The notes under the pieces are model-generated. The model ran no database searches. It saw only the letters and a list, made by a program, of their open reading frames with translations, and was not told where the DNA came from. Positions 1 to 12,300 of a stretch of 64,000 nt of DNA are shown piece by piece (the stretch's first letter is position 1; the number at the start of each line of letters is the position of its first letter). The stretch spans positions 23,560,001 to 23,624,000 of the forward strand of contig OZ365112.1 in assembly GCA_977030845.1 (NCBI GenBank), in the 5' to 3' direction. The translations under genes and the position numbers were made by a program. The stretch comes from Fimbriosthenelais zetlandica. Lineage: Eukaryota.

Positions 1-161
1 TGGTGGGTATATGACATTTTTACTAAATGATTTTACAAAGAAATCCCCCTTATAAGTAACTCTTTCAGTGATCATATTTTGTTGATTTCAATATAGTTTT
101 CTTATCTTCATGGTACAAAACCTTCGGCATATTAAGTTTTCTATTCTTCTATTATTTTCAG

Positions 162-394
162 CCAATAATACGGGATGTGAGGTATGTATTCTTATTTATT
201 ATTCAAGTATAATTTGTCGATTATGATATCAATTATTTATATGCATTTATTTCCAATTTCTTACACTCTAGGGTGTATTATATAAAGATGTTTGCTACAG
301 AATATATCATACAGTCATCATTTGTAGGTGGATCCCCTTGGCTGCCCACAAGGCTCTTCCTGCATCCTTCTACCTGGACGACGTTCCCAATGTC
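162..394 (+). CDS. Follistatin-N (FOLN)/EGF-like 4-Cys module, join(162..181,328..394)
   Basis: ttttcag|20-nt exon|gtatgt, then ttgtag|67-nt exon|gtgagt. Reads NNTGCEVDPLGCPQGSSCILLPGRRSQC. Same exon layout as the 920-1193 module. Confidence 0.7.
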
Positions 395-3300
395 GTGAGT
401 ACATCTTTCACCTGTTTCCTCCTTGCTTTTTGAGATATTCTTCCTCAGATTTTGACTTGAAGGTCCAAGTGTGTTATCCTCAAAGGTTCATTTTTTTTCA
501 TACGGTCTGGTTTGGAGAGTAACACTACCCATGAAGAATGGGGTTTCATTTTCCCTGGGAGGGGAAAATGGAGACCTAATGTAATTAGAAGCTGATGGCA
601 AAATCTGTAATGGTCTTACACATTATATATTTAATTTGTACAGAGCTGAACCGCTGCCCCAGATACCGAGTTTCTTTCTGTCCTAACGGAGATGTCGACC
701 AGTGCACGGCAGACAATGCTTGTACTGGAGGTCAGGGATGCTGTTTTGACGGTTGTCGCCGAGTCTGCCAGGCCCTAACCACTAGTAAGTGTCCACTACA
801 TATTGCTTTATATTCCCTCATATATATGGTAAATGATAATGGTCAATGTATGTACTAATGTAGAGAATTGAGATCTTAATTGAGGAGCCGATGTTAATCA
901 TTTTTTTTTTAAATTTCAGCTATGACGCTAACATGTGATGTAAGTAAAGCTTTGTTTCTAAATGTTTTATTATTTAAATATGTAACGTTAATGTTCCTTA
1001 GAGACTCAGTGATGATGAAAGTTTGATTTTATGCAGTGCTTAAGGCAAATCCTCCATTCAATCTTTTTGTTGGAAGTGGATGAATTGATGATTTCATGAG
1101 TTGTTTTCTCCATTTAGCAAGTCACATGTGAACCCGGATTTGTGTGCCGTTTGGTAACTATGAACGGAGAGACCTTCCCTCGATGTGAAATGGGTAAGCA
1201 TGTCATTCTGATCTTCTTTATATAGTACTCGAGTTTTTCTTCTAAGAAGTTGCTACTCGTTTGTTTTTTTTGGGATCGCAATATCTTTTTTATAAACCCT
1301 ATAGTATTCGACAATTTTATATCAATTGCTTTAAAATATCCTTCAGGCTATTTACATCGAGATTTTTTTGATATACATATGTTTATGTCTTTGTATAAAT
1401 TAATATTTTCACTTTCAAAATGATTTACAGGGATGTAGCCTAAGTTATCAGGAAAAATGCTTGATTTACCTCTTTAGATTTATTGTAAGAGCTTACAATT
1501 TGACACTGAAATATTTTTCTTTTAAAGTTACATCCCTGGAATCATGTCATCACCTTGTTACTTGTCATAATATCATTTGTTCTTTTCTACCTCAGCTGGT
1601 AAGCTATGTGAATCCTTTGTCTGGGTAAAGTGAAGGGGTTGAAACTAGGCCCACACCAACCCAACCGATCGGCAGATGAAAATCATGTAAAAATCAGCCC
1701 GATCGCTCAATGATTTAGATTTAACCAGATCTGTAATTGTCAGAACTCGATTCCCCTATCTTTCAACTTCGCATCGGTCGGCTTGTTTAGTCTGGCGCCA
1801 AGAAATCAGTAAAATCTGGCGGTCGGTTGGCGTCTGTGGGCTTGGTGTGTGAGGACCTTTAGACGGTGTTATAAATTGACAGAAGCTGACATTTTACAAT
1901 GGCATGACATTCTAACTATTGGAGTAGATGGCTCCTTTAAGATGCTATACTTTGATACGGAGTACTTTTGTTTCTTAATCTCTCGGTGATGGTTCCTAGC
2001 TGACAGTGCAATGTAAAGCTGATGTTCTCTTACAGATTTGTTTTTCAAAAAACATTTGGAAATATAATGGGTCAAGTGTGTAATGCAAAATTATGTAAGC
2101 ATTGCTGAATTTTACATGCAAAACAAAATAATTCAAACTCATCGGCTTTACTGTGCAGCTGTCCCAAATCTGCAGGTTGCTAGGCAACTTGTAGATGGTA
2201 CGTAATTCAAATAGTATTATATAGAAATGAGCTGAATAGATCTTACCCATATGACTTGTAGTAATGGGGATGCAGGGAAGGTTGTTTTAGAGACATATAT
2301 TAAGTTGGTTTAGATAATCAGTTTTCATAAATGCTTGCAACTACGGTCAACCGTGGGAAGCTAAAAAAACATGTGTGCAAGTTGGGGTCAATAACATTGG
2401 CAATTTGCTCTTAACAAAGCTACAAACAGACATAACTTTATAAATCATCTTTATAATGAACATTAGCGTTAATCCCATTTAATCTGTAATTTACGTTTTA
2501 GATGATGTTGGTAAGAATCTGCAATGGTTTACCTAGATGCATGCATTCCAATCTGAAATCTTCCAAACCTAGGATTGAAAATATACCACGACTTGATAGC
2601 TAATAGTGATTAACATAATATAGCATGAAGATGTGTGATGGTGACTTTGTAACGTGATGGTTGGTAGTAGTGAAGTAGAAGGACTTTCTCCTTGACGACT
2701 TAGATCTGTAGAATCTTGTCAGGATCCTAGTCCGACAGAGACTGTCTGAATATCTGAAAGCATTAAAGGCTTGTGTGACGTCACTTTCCTCAATGCATGG
2801 TCAAGTCTGACTGTAGACAGCTAGGCCAACTCTTATCACTGATCTTGACTGTCAAATTTGACTTCTTGTCCTTTCCAAGCCATTTGCATTTCGAAGTAAC
2901 TCTTTTGAAAATGTTTGACTCCTATCCATACATTTTGCATATTTCTCCTCTCATTTACAATTCCTTCTGAATATTAGAACTTGAAATTCACTGCCTGGAG
3001 AATCTGTCCTGTCCTGTCCTAAAATCGAGCATGGTTTTAATGTCTGATATCACCATATTTCAATGACCCGCCATAATTATGACAACCTATATCTAATCCT
3101 GCCAAACAATCAGAATAAACTACAAAATGCCTTCTTCAGATGCAATAGGCAACATTTTCAATATAAAGTGTAATCGCTCAGCTAAGCACTAAATTTATCA
3201 CAAAAAAGTATTTTTCTTAGTTGAAATGGTTCTCATGTTATAAAATATACCGAGAATTGTTCTGCAGAAGCATTTGTTTTTTTTTCAGTAACAACATGTC

Positions 3301-6300
3301 CTTCACTGTCTGCCCCTGCCAATGGAGCAATCGCGTAAGTTGAATATATTTTTCATTTCATTTGACCAATTAGGACACGTAGCGGGTTCAAGCCAATTAT
3401 ACAAAACTTAATTATGTCTGCAAACTTGTATTCAGATCAACTACTGGAAGTAGCGTTGGAGCAACCATTACTTTTGAATGTGACCCAGGATTCACTCTCA
3501 TCGGGTGGAGAACAATCACTTGCCAAGAAAATAACTTCTGGTCTGGAGATCCTCCCGTCTGTCAAGGTTGGTAGCCAAAAATATTGAAGTTGTAAATAAG
3601 TCACATTTTTGTAAAACTTTGCACATTTCATTCTCGTTTTTTGCTGTAAACTGAGATGATGACCACCCGTTCCCTTTCCTTTTAAGCTGGATCATGTCCT
3701 GACAACCTGGGAACACCTCTCAACGGTTTCAAATCGTAAGAGCAACATTACACAGAAAAGAATCTGTCCTTATCAAATATTTCCCCACAAACTTGCTATT
3801 TGAGTTACTCATTTGTGCCACTTGCTCGTTCACTAATGTCTACATTTTCTTGATATCAGAGTCAATGGGCCTGTACCACCTGGTACTACCATCGTCTTCT
3901 CCTGTACCAATGGCTTCCAACTACAAGGACAAGCTATAATAACCTGTCTTTCTAACCTTGTCTACGATGCTCCACCTCCAATCTGTGTTCAGACCAGTGA
4001 GTATTGTCAAGGCATTAATTTAGGAAGAATTAGATGTATAGCCCTGCTGTCTCTTTCCCATTTTTCTGAATTTATTTAATTATCTTGTACATTACGTCTC
4101 CTGAATATGTTAATTATTCAGAAATAACATGCTTTTCATTTACCTACAGCCCGCAGATGTCCTGATATACTCGGCACGCCTGTGAATGGCTTCAGAACGT
4201 AAGTTCTATCCAACACCTCTTTATCTGGAAGTACTACAAATTCAGTCTTGCCATACCTTTCTATGTAGAATGCTCAAGTATATGTATTTATAAGTTAGGT
4301 AGGAGTTATATGCTGATTTCTGAATTTCAGTGTCAACGGGGACTTCTCACCAGGGACACAGATCCGCTTTGACTGTAACATTGGATTCCAGATCCAGGGA
4401 CAGTCAGTTGTCACCTGTCTGGACAGCCTGGCTTTTGATGCCCCAGCTCCCGTCTGCGTCCGTAAGTTTCTTCTGTATAGAAGATTTTGGTTTGCTATAA
4501 TATATAACTGCTTTTAGATGTAACGATAATATTTACTTTTAGTAGTTTTTTGAACTGCTTGTACATATTTTGCCTTTTTATTTGAAAGTGAATCTGCCAT
4601 TGCTGTCTCGTGCGTTAGTATTAGGTAATTTTGGTTAAAATCTTTCTTCCATTAAAGTTCAAACCGCCATCTGGCGTATTGTCGAACTGGTATATCTAGG
4701 TATATGTACATGTATCTCCATCCACCCATAGCCCCCAAAACCGCGATTCATGTTGAAGGCTTCTCATTATTATACCACCATGAGTTTGTGATTCCCTGAT
4801 ACTGAAGCATGCTTTTTGCCATCAGCTATTTCATGTGGGACCTTCCCACAATTGAGCGGTGTGGAGCCTAGTGACATTCCCACATCTCCTGACACTAACT
4901 ACCCAGCTACCTTCAACTTACGCTGTGCTGGATCAACAACCACCATCACAGTTTCCTGTGGCCTGGATGGCAATTGGACCACGTTTGGAATGTGTTTGGC
5001 AGGTGCATTGAAAAAAAGAGTCACTCATAATAAGAATTAAGCATACGAAGGACATCAGAAGTGTCTTGCTTCGTTCACCAGCAGCTTTCCATCTACTGGA
5101 GTGCTTAGATCCATTGTATTTCGCTGTATCAGAGGAATACCCTTCAACCGTCAATCACATATTTCACTTTGAACAGCCGCTTCCCTTTCCAGTCACTTCC
5201 GCCAAAGTTCCCCCAGTTGATCACCAATACCCCACCTTCTGCATTGCGTCAATTCACTTTCGAAATGTTACCTACCCTGGCATTGGTTTACGAAAATAAT
5301 CAGCTTCAATGCAATTCTACTCCATCTTTTGCTTATAAAATTTGCCCCTCGCTAATTTTTTTCAAACCATTGATTTTCAACTGCTTAAAAGCAACATAAT
5401 GCTAACCTGAAGGACATTTATTGCTTGTACAGAAACCCCCATAGAGCGAGTCTGTTATGAACCGCGGGATCCAGGTCCCTGTTTCCAGTTCCTGCTCCGT
5501 TACTTCCATAACAGTTTGAGTGGAACGTGCGAGAGGTTTGTCTATGGAGGTTGTCAAGGAAACAGTAACAGATTTGGGACGATTGAAGAATGTTTGAGAA
5601 TATGCAAAGGGACAGGTTAGACTTATAAGAGTGCATGATGAATCAGTGACCTATCAAGTGATTGCTGTTGAAGCCTTTGTGCTCTTGGGTTGGTTGGTTG
5701 GTTGGGTCCTCGTTTGGAAGGAGTTGGATGCATACTGGGTATGAAGGATGGAGTCAGGTTGGATGTTTGGTGGTGGAAGGAAGCATGTTACAAATCAATA
5801 TGCTATAAATGAATATTATCTAATTTTCTCCTTTCTGCCGCTCCTCTAATACAGGAATCTGACTTTCAGGGTTGCATTACCTATACAAGCTCTCCATCCC
5901 GGGGCGTCCATTTCACTCTGTCCACATACCTCCAAAATATTTACAGAAATAACATACCAATATATCTTTTGTCACCATTCTGAGCTTCCTCTGCATTCTT
6001 CTATCAACCTGGGACATGTTTCCAAAAGAAATGTATAACATTTTTCCATAATCCTCGAATGGACAAATGTCGTGCATGACACAGAGCCCTATACTTTTAA
6101 TAATTCTCCTACCTATTCACAGATGTCCATTTGGTAGTGGGTACTGGCAAATTGGTTAAGCCCAAAGTGATATTTTCTGTAACTCGATGATATTATTAAC
6201 TTTTGTCATGGTGTAAGATGATAACTATTTCCAAAGAATTATGAAAGAACAGAATTCTCTAGGTAATGTGCAAAGTTAAATAATATTCATTTATCTATTT

Positions 6301-9300
6301 TTCCAGTTGTGACCTGTCCTGAAATTGGCCCTCCAATCAATGGAATGAGACAGTAAGTATGACATTAGTTTTTAGCTTAAAGATATGGATATACATTAAT
6401 AGACTTCAATCATTCGATCAAATATAAAGAAACAAATAAATCTTACATGTCTAATCATTTTTCTCCCAGAATTAACGGAAATGGCGGACCCGGTACAGTG
6501 ATTAGGTTCCAGTGTAACACCAACTTCCAGCTGAGCGGAGCACCAGAAATTCAATGCCTCGACAACGGCCAATGGAACCAGAACCCACCAGTCTGCATCG
6601 GGGGTAAGTGTTATTCAAATATCTGCACCCAGGACAAGGATTACACTGTATATATTATATATTATGATTTCAATTTTAGTCTTGATAGTTATTCCTTCCA
6701 GAGAAAACATGACAGCGTTGGACACCATTTGTTACTATCTTTATTGCAGATTTATGAGTTAACTTTTAGATTAACCTGTATTGTATTTCAGGTACTGTAT
6801 ATAATTTATATGAATGTGTCACAGTCACATTGATGAAGAGTGTCATTTGACCACAAGGTTTTATTTTATACGGGTAAAAGGTAGACAGTGACCCTGAGAG
6901 TTCTGATGCCTGTGATGGGAGGCTTTATCAAGGCAGAGGTTGAATAAGGTACAGGATTTTGAATGGTGAGAAGGAAAGGATTAAAAAGAAAATGCTTATT
7001 AAGAAATGTGTTAGAGGTTGAGGAGGAGGATTAGCGTGAAACGTATGTGTTGCAAGAATGAATGTGATTGGTTTTGGGAGGTGAAAAACAGTGTTTATCA
7101 TAACATTGAGTTACATAACCACATGGATTATGACCACTACCTTTCAACTCTAGCCCTCAGCTGTGGTCCTCTACCAAACGTACCTAACTCGGTCGGTAGC
7201 TGGCCAGGCAACCCAACAACAACTCCAGGAAGTACTTATACCATAAACTGTGCTGAAGGATGCTCTAGGCTTACTGTTACAGCTACTTGCGGTCCAACAG
7301 GATTATGGGTACTAAATGGAGAATGTGTAGGTCAGTGGACAGAAATATACGACCCTGGCATAATGTATGCAGTGTGCTATAAATGAAAACGATATAATAC
7401 ACTTTTAAAAAAAAATCTGCCACATATATATTGGCTGCTTAAATCTTGGAAATGACCAGGCGTTTCAACGAAACCAACGATTCCATTTCCGTCATTTTTT
7501 ATTTATTTTATTTTATTTGTCGAGTTTAGTAGCAAACTGTGGTCCGGTGCCCAATGTACCAAACTCTGCTAATAACTGGCCAGCAAACCCAAACACAGAA
7601 GTAGGAAGCACCTACCAGATAAACTGTCTTCCTGGATTCTCACCAACTAGTATAACAGCTGTTTGTGGACCGGCTGGAACCTGGGTACTTAGCAGTCAGT
7701 GCACACGTGCAGGTTCGTATGATGAACATGTCTCATTGAAAATCACTCAGGAAAGTATATCACTCATTTCCTATAGATGACTTTAAATTGTTTTGTCCCA
7801 AGTCTGGGAAGTGCACGCGGCAGGATCCCCTTATATCACACTATAATTCTGGAGATTCAACAATTCAACAAACGACAGTATTCCAGAACTTTGCCAATAA
7901 GAAGCTATTTTCACATGAGATTGCCTTTGACTAACATCACAAGACTTTATGGAAAGGAAAGGACGTCATTCACAAATTTATATTTTAACCCCACGTCTCT
8001 GTTGAGAACTGACTGTCCTCTTTATGGATGAAAACTCTAGCCATCAGCTGTGGTCCTCTACCAAACGTGCCTAACTCGGTCGGTAACTGGCCTGCGAACC
8101 CAACAACAACACCAGGAAGTATTTATACTATACAGTGTGATGAAGGATGCACCACCGCCTCCGTCTCCGCAATTTGTTCTTCATCAGGACTATGGGAACT
8201 AAGTGGCGCATGTATAGGTCAGTGGACACAAAACTCATTGTAACTTTTAATGAGTAGGCCTACCAATTTATAAATCAAGCATTGGCCATTGCTTGAATAT
8301 CCTATCTCACACCACACTTTCACTTTGAAAATAGCCGTTGGGATCACCTGTGGTCAACTACCTAATGTGCCGAATTCAAGAAATGATTGGCCTGCTAATC
8401 CTGACAGGAGTATAGGGAGGAGTTACCAGGTTAGTTGTCTCCCAGGATACTCACCAACTGTTGTGACAGCAACTTGTCTCGCCACTGGCGTCTGGCAGTT
8501 AAACAGTCAGTGCTCATCATCAGGTTTGTATGATAGTAGTTTCATAGTTTTAACATGCACGGTTTTTTTTCAAGTACCAATACCGGGTACAGATAATGAC
8601 TTTAGAAATAACTTCATGCAGTTGTTACTTGTGGACCACTACCAAATATACCTAACGCTGCTGAAACTTGGCCATCTAACCCCAACACTGAGCCGGGCAG
8701 CATGTATACTATACGCTGTTCTGAAGGATGCACGACTGACACAGTCAGTGCCAGGTGTTCACCATCAGGCCAGTGGGAACTCAGTGGACAATGTACAGGT
8801 CAGTGTTCATGTCTGTAGTTCTGCAGCAGGTGATCGAGTTGACACTCGGGAAATCAATATTTAGCAGATCGTCTTATTACATTTCCAATCGTCCTGGTTG
8901 TTATCAGGTTGAATCATGTAGGGGATGATGTGTTACTGCGCTAATTTTGAGTTCATTTATAGTTATGGACTGTGGACCTCTACCCAATGTGAATAATGTA
9001 GCAGAGAACTGGCCTACCAATATCAACACACAGTTTGGCAGTCGTTACTCAGTTCGTTGTCAACAAGGTTTTCAACCAGATTTTATCACAGCAACTTGCC
9101 TGATCACTGGATGGCAACTTGACAACCAGTGTACAAGAGCAGGTCAGAATATTCCTCTGGGTCTTATATGAAGGTCTCAAACACTTTAGTATTTAAACAA
9201 ACGGGTGGTTTAGAACGACACTAAATTGGAGGATGATAACTGAAAACATGATCAATTGAATGATACCGAAATGACTAAGAGTTATTAGGTTGTTCATGTT

Positions 9301-12300
9301 TTTTGTATATAACTATTCCCTGTGGACCTATTCCCGCTTTCCCCAATACTGCACAACCCTGGCCATTCAACCCTAATAATGGTTTTGTTTAATTGATGAA
9401 TTCGCGGGTTCACAAGTTGATTTATTCATTAAAGCTGACCAATTGGAGTCATTTGTCTGTGGCCCACTACGAAATGTTAATAACATGCTAGACAACTGGC
9501 CAGAAAATCCATGGTTTGGAAATAGGCCTACTTGAATATCTAGTCCGTTGCTTGTCTGGATACACAACTGCTACTATTTGTCTTAGAACTGGATAGAAAA
9601 GTTTTAGACAGCCGTTGTTCACACACAAGTTAGAAATAGTCTACAGTCCACTATTCATTTTTGTGTATTTTTTTTGTCCTATAGTCATTATTTGTGGACC
9701 ACTACCCAATATACCTAACGCTGCTGAGCCTTGGCCATCTAACCCCAACACCCAGCCTGGCAGCATGTATACTATACGCTGTTCTGAAGGATGCACCACT
9801 GACACAATCAGTGCCAGGTGTTCACCATCAGGCCAGTGGGAACTCAGTGGACAGTGTACAGGTCAGATAAACCTAGTAAAACCTGTCTTCCACTTGTTTC
9901 ATTGGTACTCGAGAGAGATCAACTAAATTCCTTAGTAAAGGTTGCTCGAGAATAGCTGGAGAACCGTATGAAACAATGGTTTCAACTGAATTGACAGTGG
10001 AAGACTGGCTTCACTTGAGCAAATCAATCAATTATCACAATTTTTATTTGTTTGAGTCTCACCAATTGGGTTGGGTCTTTGCCTATTTTTGCCAAGTTGC
10101 CTATTTCACTTAATTCATACTTGAAATAAGTTGAATAATTGAATAACAGTTAAAATGGGGGCCTCTGATTAAAGTTATATATATGCGGATAAAACTGTTA
10201 AAGACAAAGTTTGTAGTCCTCAACAATGCTGATAACCTTACAGACTAAAAGTATGTGCGGCTGGAATTGTATTTTTTGATAGTTATGGACTGTGGACCTC
10301 TACCCAATGTGAATAATGTAGCAGAGAACTGGCCTATCAATATCAACACACAGTTTGGCAGTCGTTACACAGTTCGTTGTCGACAAGGTTTTCAACCAGA
10401 TTTTATCACAGCAACTTGTCAGTTTGGTGGATGGCAAATAGACAACCAATGTTCTAGAAGAGGTCAGATATTAATAGTAACCTGCTTCTTTTCTATGAAG
10501 TGGAAATTATTTGTCATATCTTAGTCCTCGCATTGCCCTTATCAACATAATTTTGAAGAAACAGTACATCTTTAATGGAATCCTGTATTTGTCAGTAAAC
10601 CAATATAGTTATCAACTATGGACCAATAGCAGGAGCTACATGTATGAGGGAATGCACTCAGTTTATTTAACTAATTGTTCTTCCTCAAATAATTACATTA
10701 CATCCTGAACTAATGGTTCTACCTCTCATAACTAAAATCACCTCAACCTTGCCTCCCCTTAGTCATTGACTGTGGACCCATACCTGTACTACCCAATGCT
10801 GGTGAACGCTGGCCACCAAACCCCAACACACAGCCTGGCAGTACTTACACTGTTCTCTGTGTGGAGGGATGCACTATTGAATCAGTCACAGCTACTTGCA
10901 CATCATCAGGCCAGTGGCGATTCAGTGGGCAATGCACAGGTTAGAGTGACAATAATAATAACATCATCATGATCATTATGCAACTTATTTCTATGAATTT
11001 CTAACTCACCATTTTATTTAGTTTATTTTAATTTGTTAGTTTTCTGTTTTATTTTCTAATATACCAGAATTTTGAAAATAGCAAACACAGAAACACGAAG
11101 TAACATTGTAGAAGTAATCTTAATGATGTGAGTAACACCTAATTTTCTTTTAGTCATGGATTGTGGGCCACTCCCAAATGTACCAAATGTAGCTGATAAC
11201 TGGCCAGTCAGTCCTAATACACAGTTTGGAGCCACCTACACTGTCCGGTGTTCGCCCGGATACTCACCATCCTTCGTCACAGCAACTTGTACTCTCAGTG
11301 GATGGCAAATAGACAACCAGTGCACACGTAGAGGTCAGAGGTTTGAAAATAAAAAATCATGCTGCATTTATCTGAGAAATAATATGCAATGTTTCTTCCA
11401 AAGAGTCTTAGATGACATATTTACATAATTACCGAGTTCGGTATAATTTATATACCCTTGTTAAGGATCATGCACAAAATGAAGTGTTTGAAGAAAATCC
11501 ATTCATAACTCCCTGTTTGGAAGACTAACCTGACTTATGCACTACCGCTACTAATCAGACCCATGTACAATGTACATGTAGGATTGTGTCCTCTCAATCT
11601 TCCACTGTGGCTCATTGTCTGTATTGTTTAATGCTTTTCAACACTTGCCTCATCAACTATAGCTGCTGGACAAGCAATCCGGGCTCAGTTGTTAGACACA
11701 CTATTTTCATCAATTTGAGTTCACAACTGCTGCTATCACATCAACATGCTTCCTATGTAAACGGCAAATAGGCAACAAATACGCAATTACAAGCCACATA
11801 TCACTCTCTCTATTCATGGATATAAAAATTACTATTTCTGTGATAACTCTTCAGAGATGTGTTCTATATTATCATGTACTATTTGTATGTGATAAAATAT
11901 TCTGCTAACCCATAGTTTAAGGACCATACTTTTCGCTCCAATTCTTAATATGCCTAATATTGACTTACACAATTTCTTCTTAGTCATCAACTGTGGAATA
12001 ATACCTGTACTACCTAACGCTGCACAACCCTGGCCATCAAACCCACTTACCCGTGTTGGCAGTACTTACACTGTTCCCTGCCTAACAGGATGCTCTACTG
12101 ATTCAGTCACAGTGACATGTTTAGAATCAGGGCAGTGGCAGTTCAGTGGTGAATGTAGAGGTCAGGACAACAATTTATTTTTCATCAAAAACCAAGTTTT
12201 TGCGTCAAGCATTTCTTACAAATTTCTTTCACATATTAGTATATTCATACAAACAGATATTCAGCTGTAAGAATTACTGCCTCTCCAAACTGCTCAGGGA

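Noticed and set aside
2600-2910. GC-richer intronic stretch with a partly open minus frame (TQAFNAFRYSDSLCRTRILTRFYRSK...)
   Set aside because: Stops nearby, no recognisable motif or splice support. A Dfam/BLASTx search would be needed.
3437-3716. Minus-strand ORFs as a nested gene
   Set aside because: They overlap + strand sushi exons 3436-3566 and 3687-3735.
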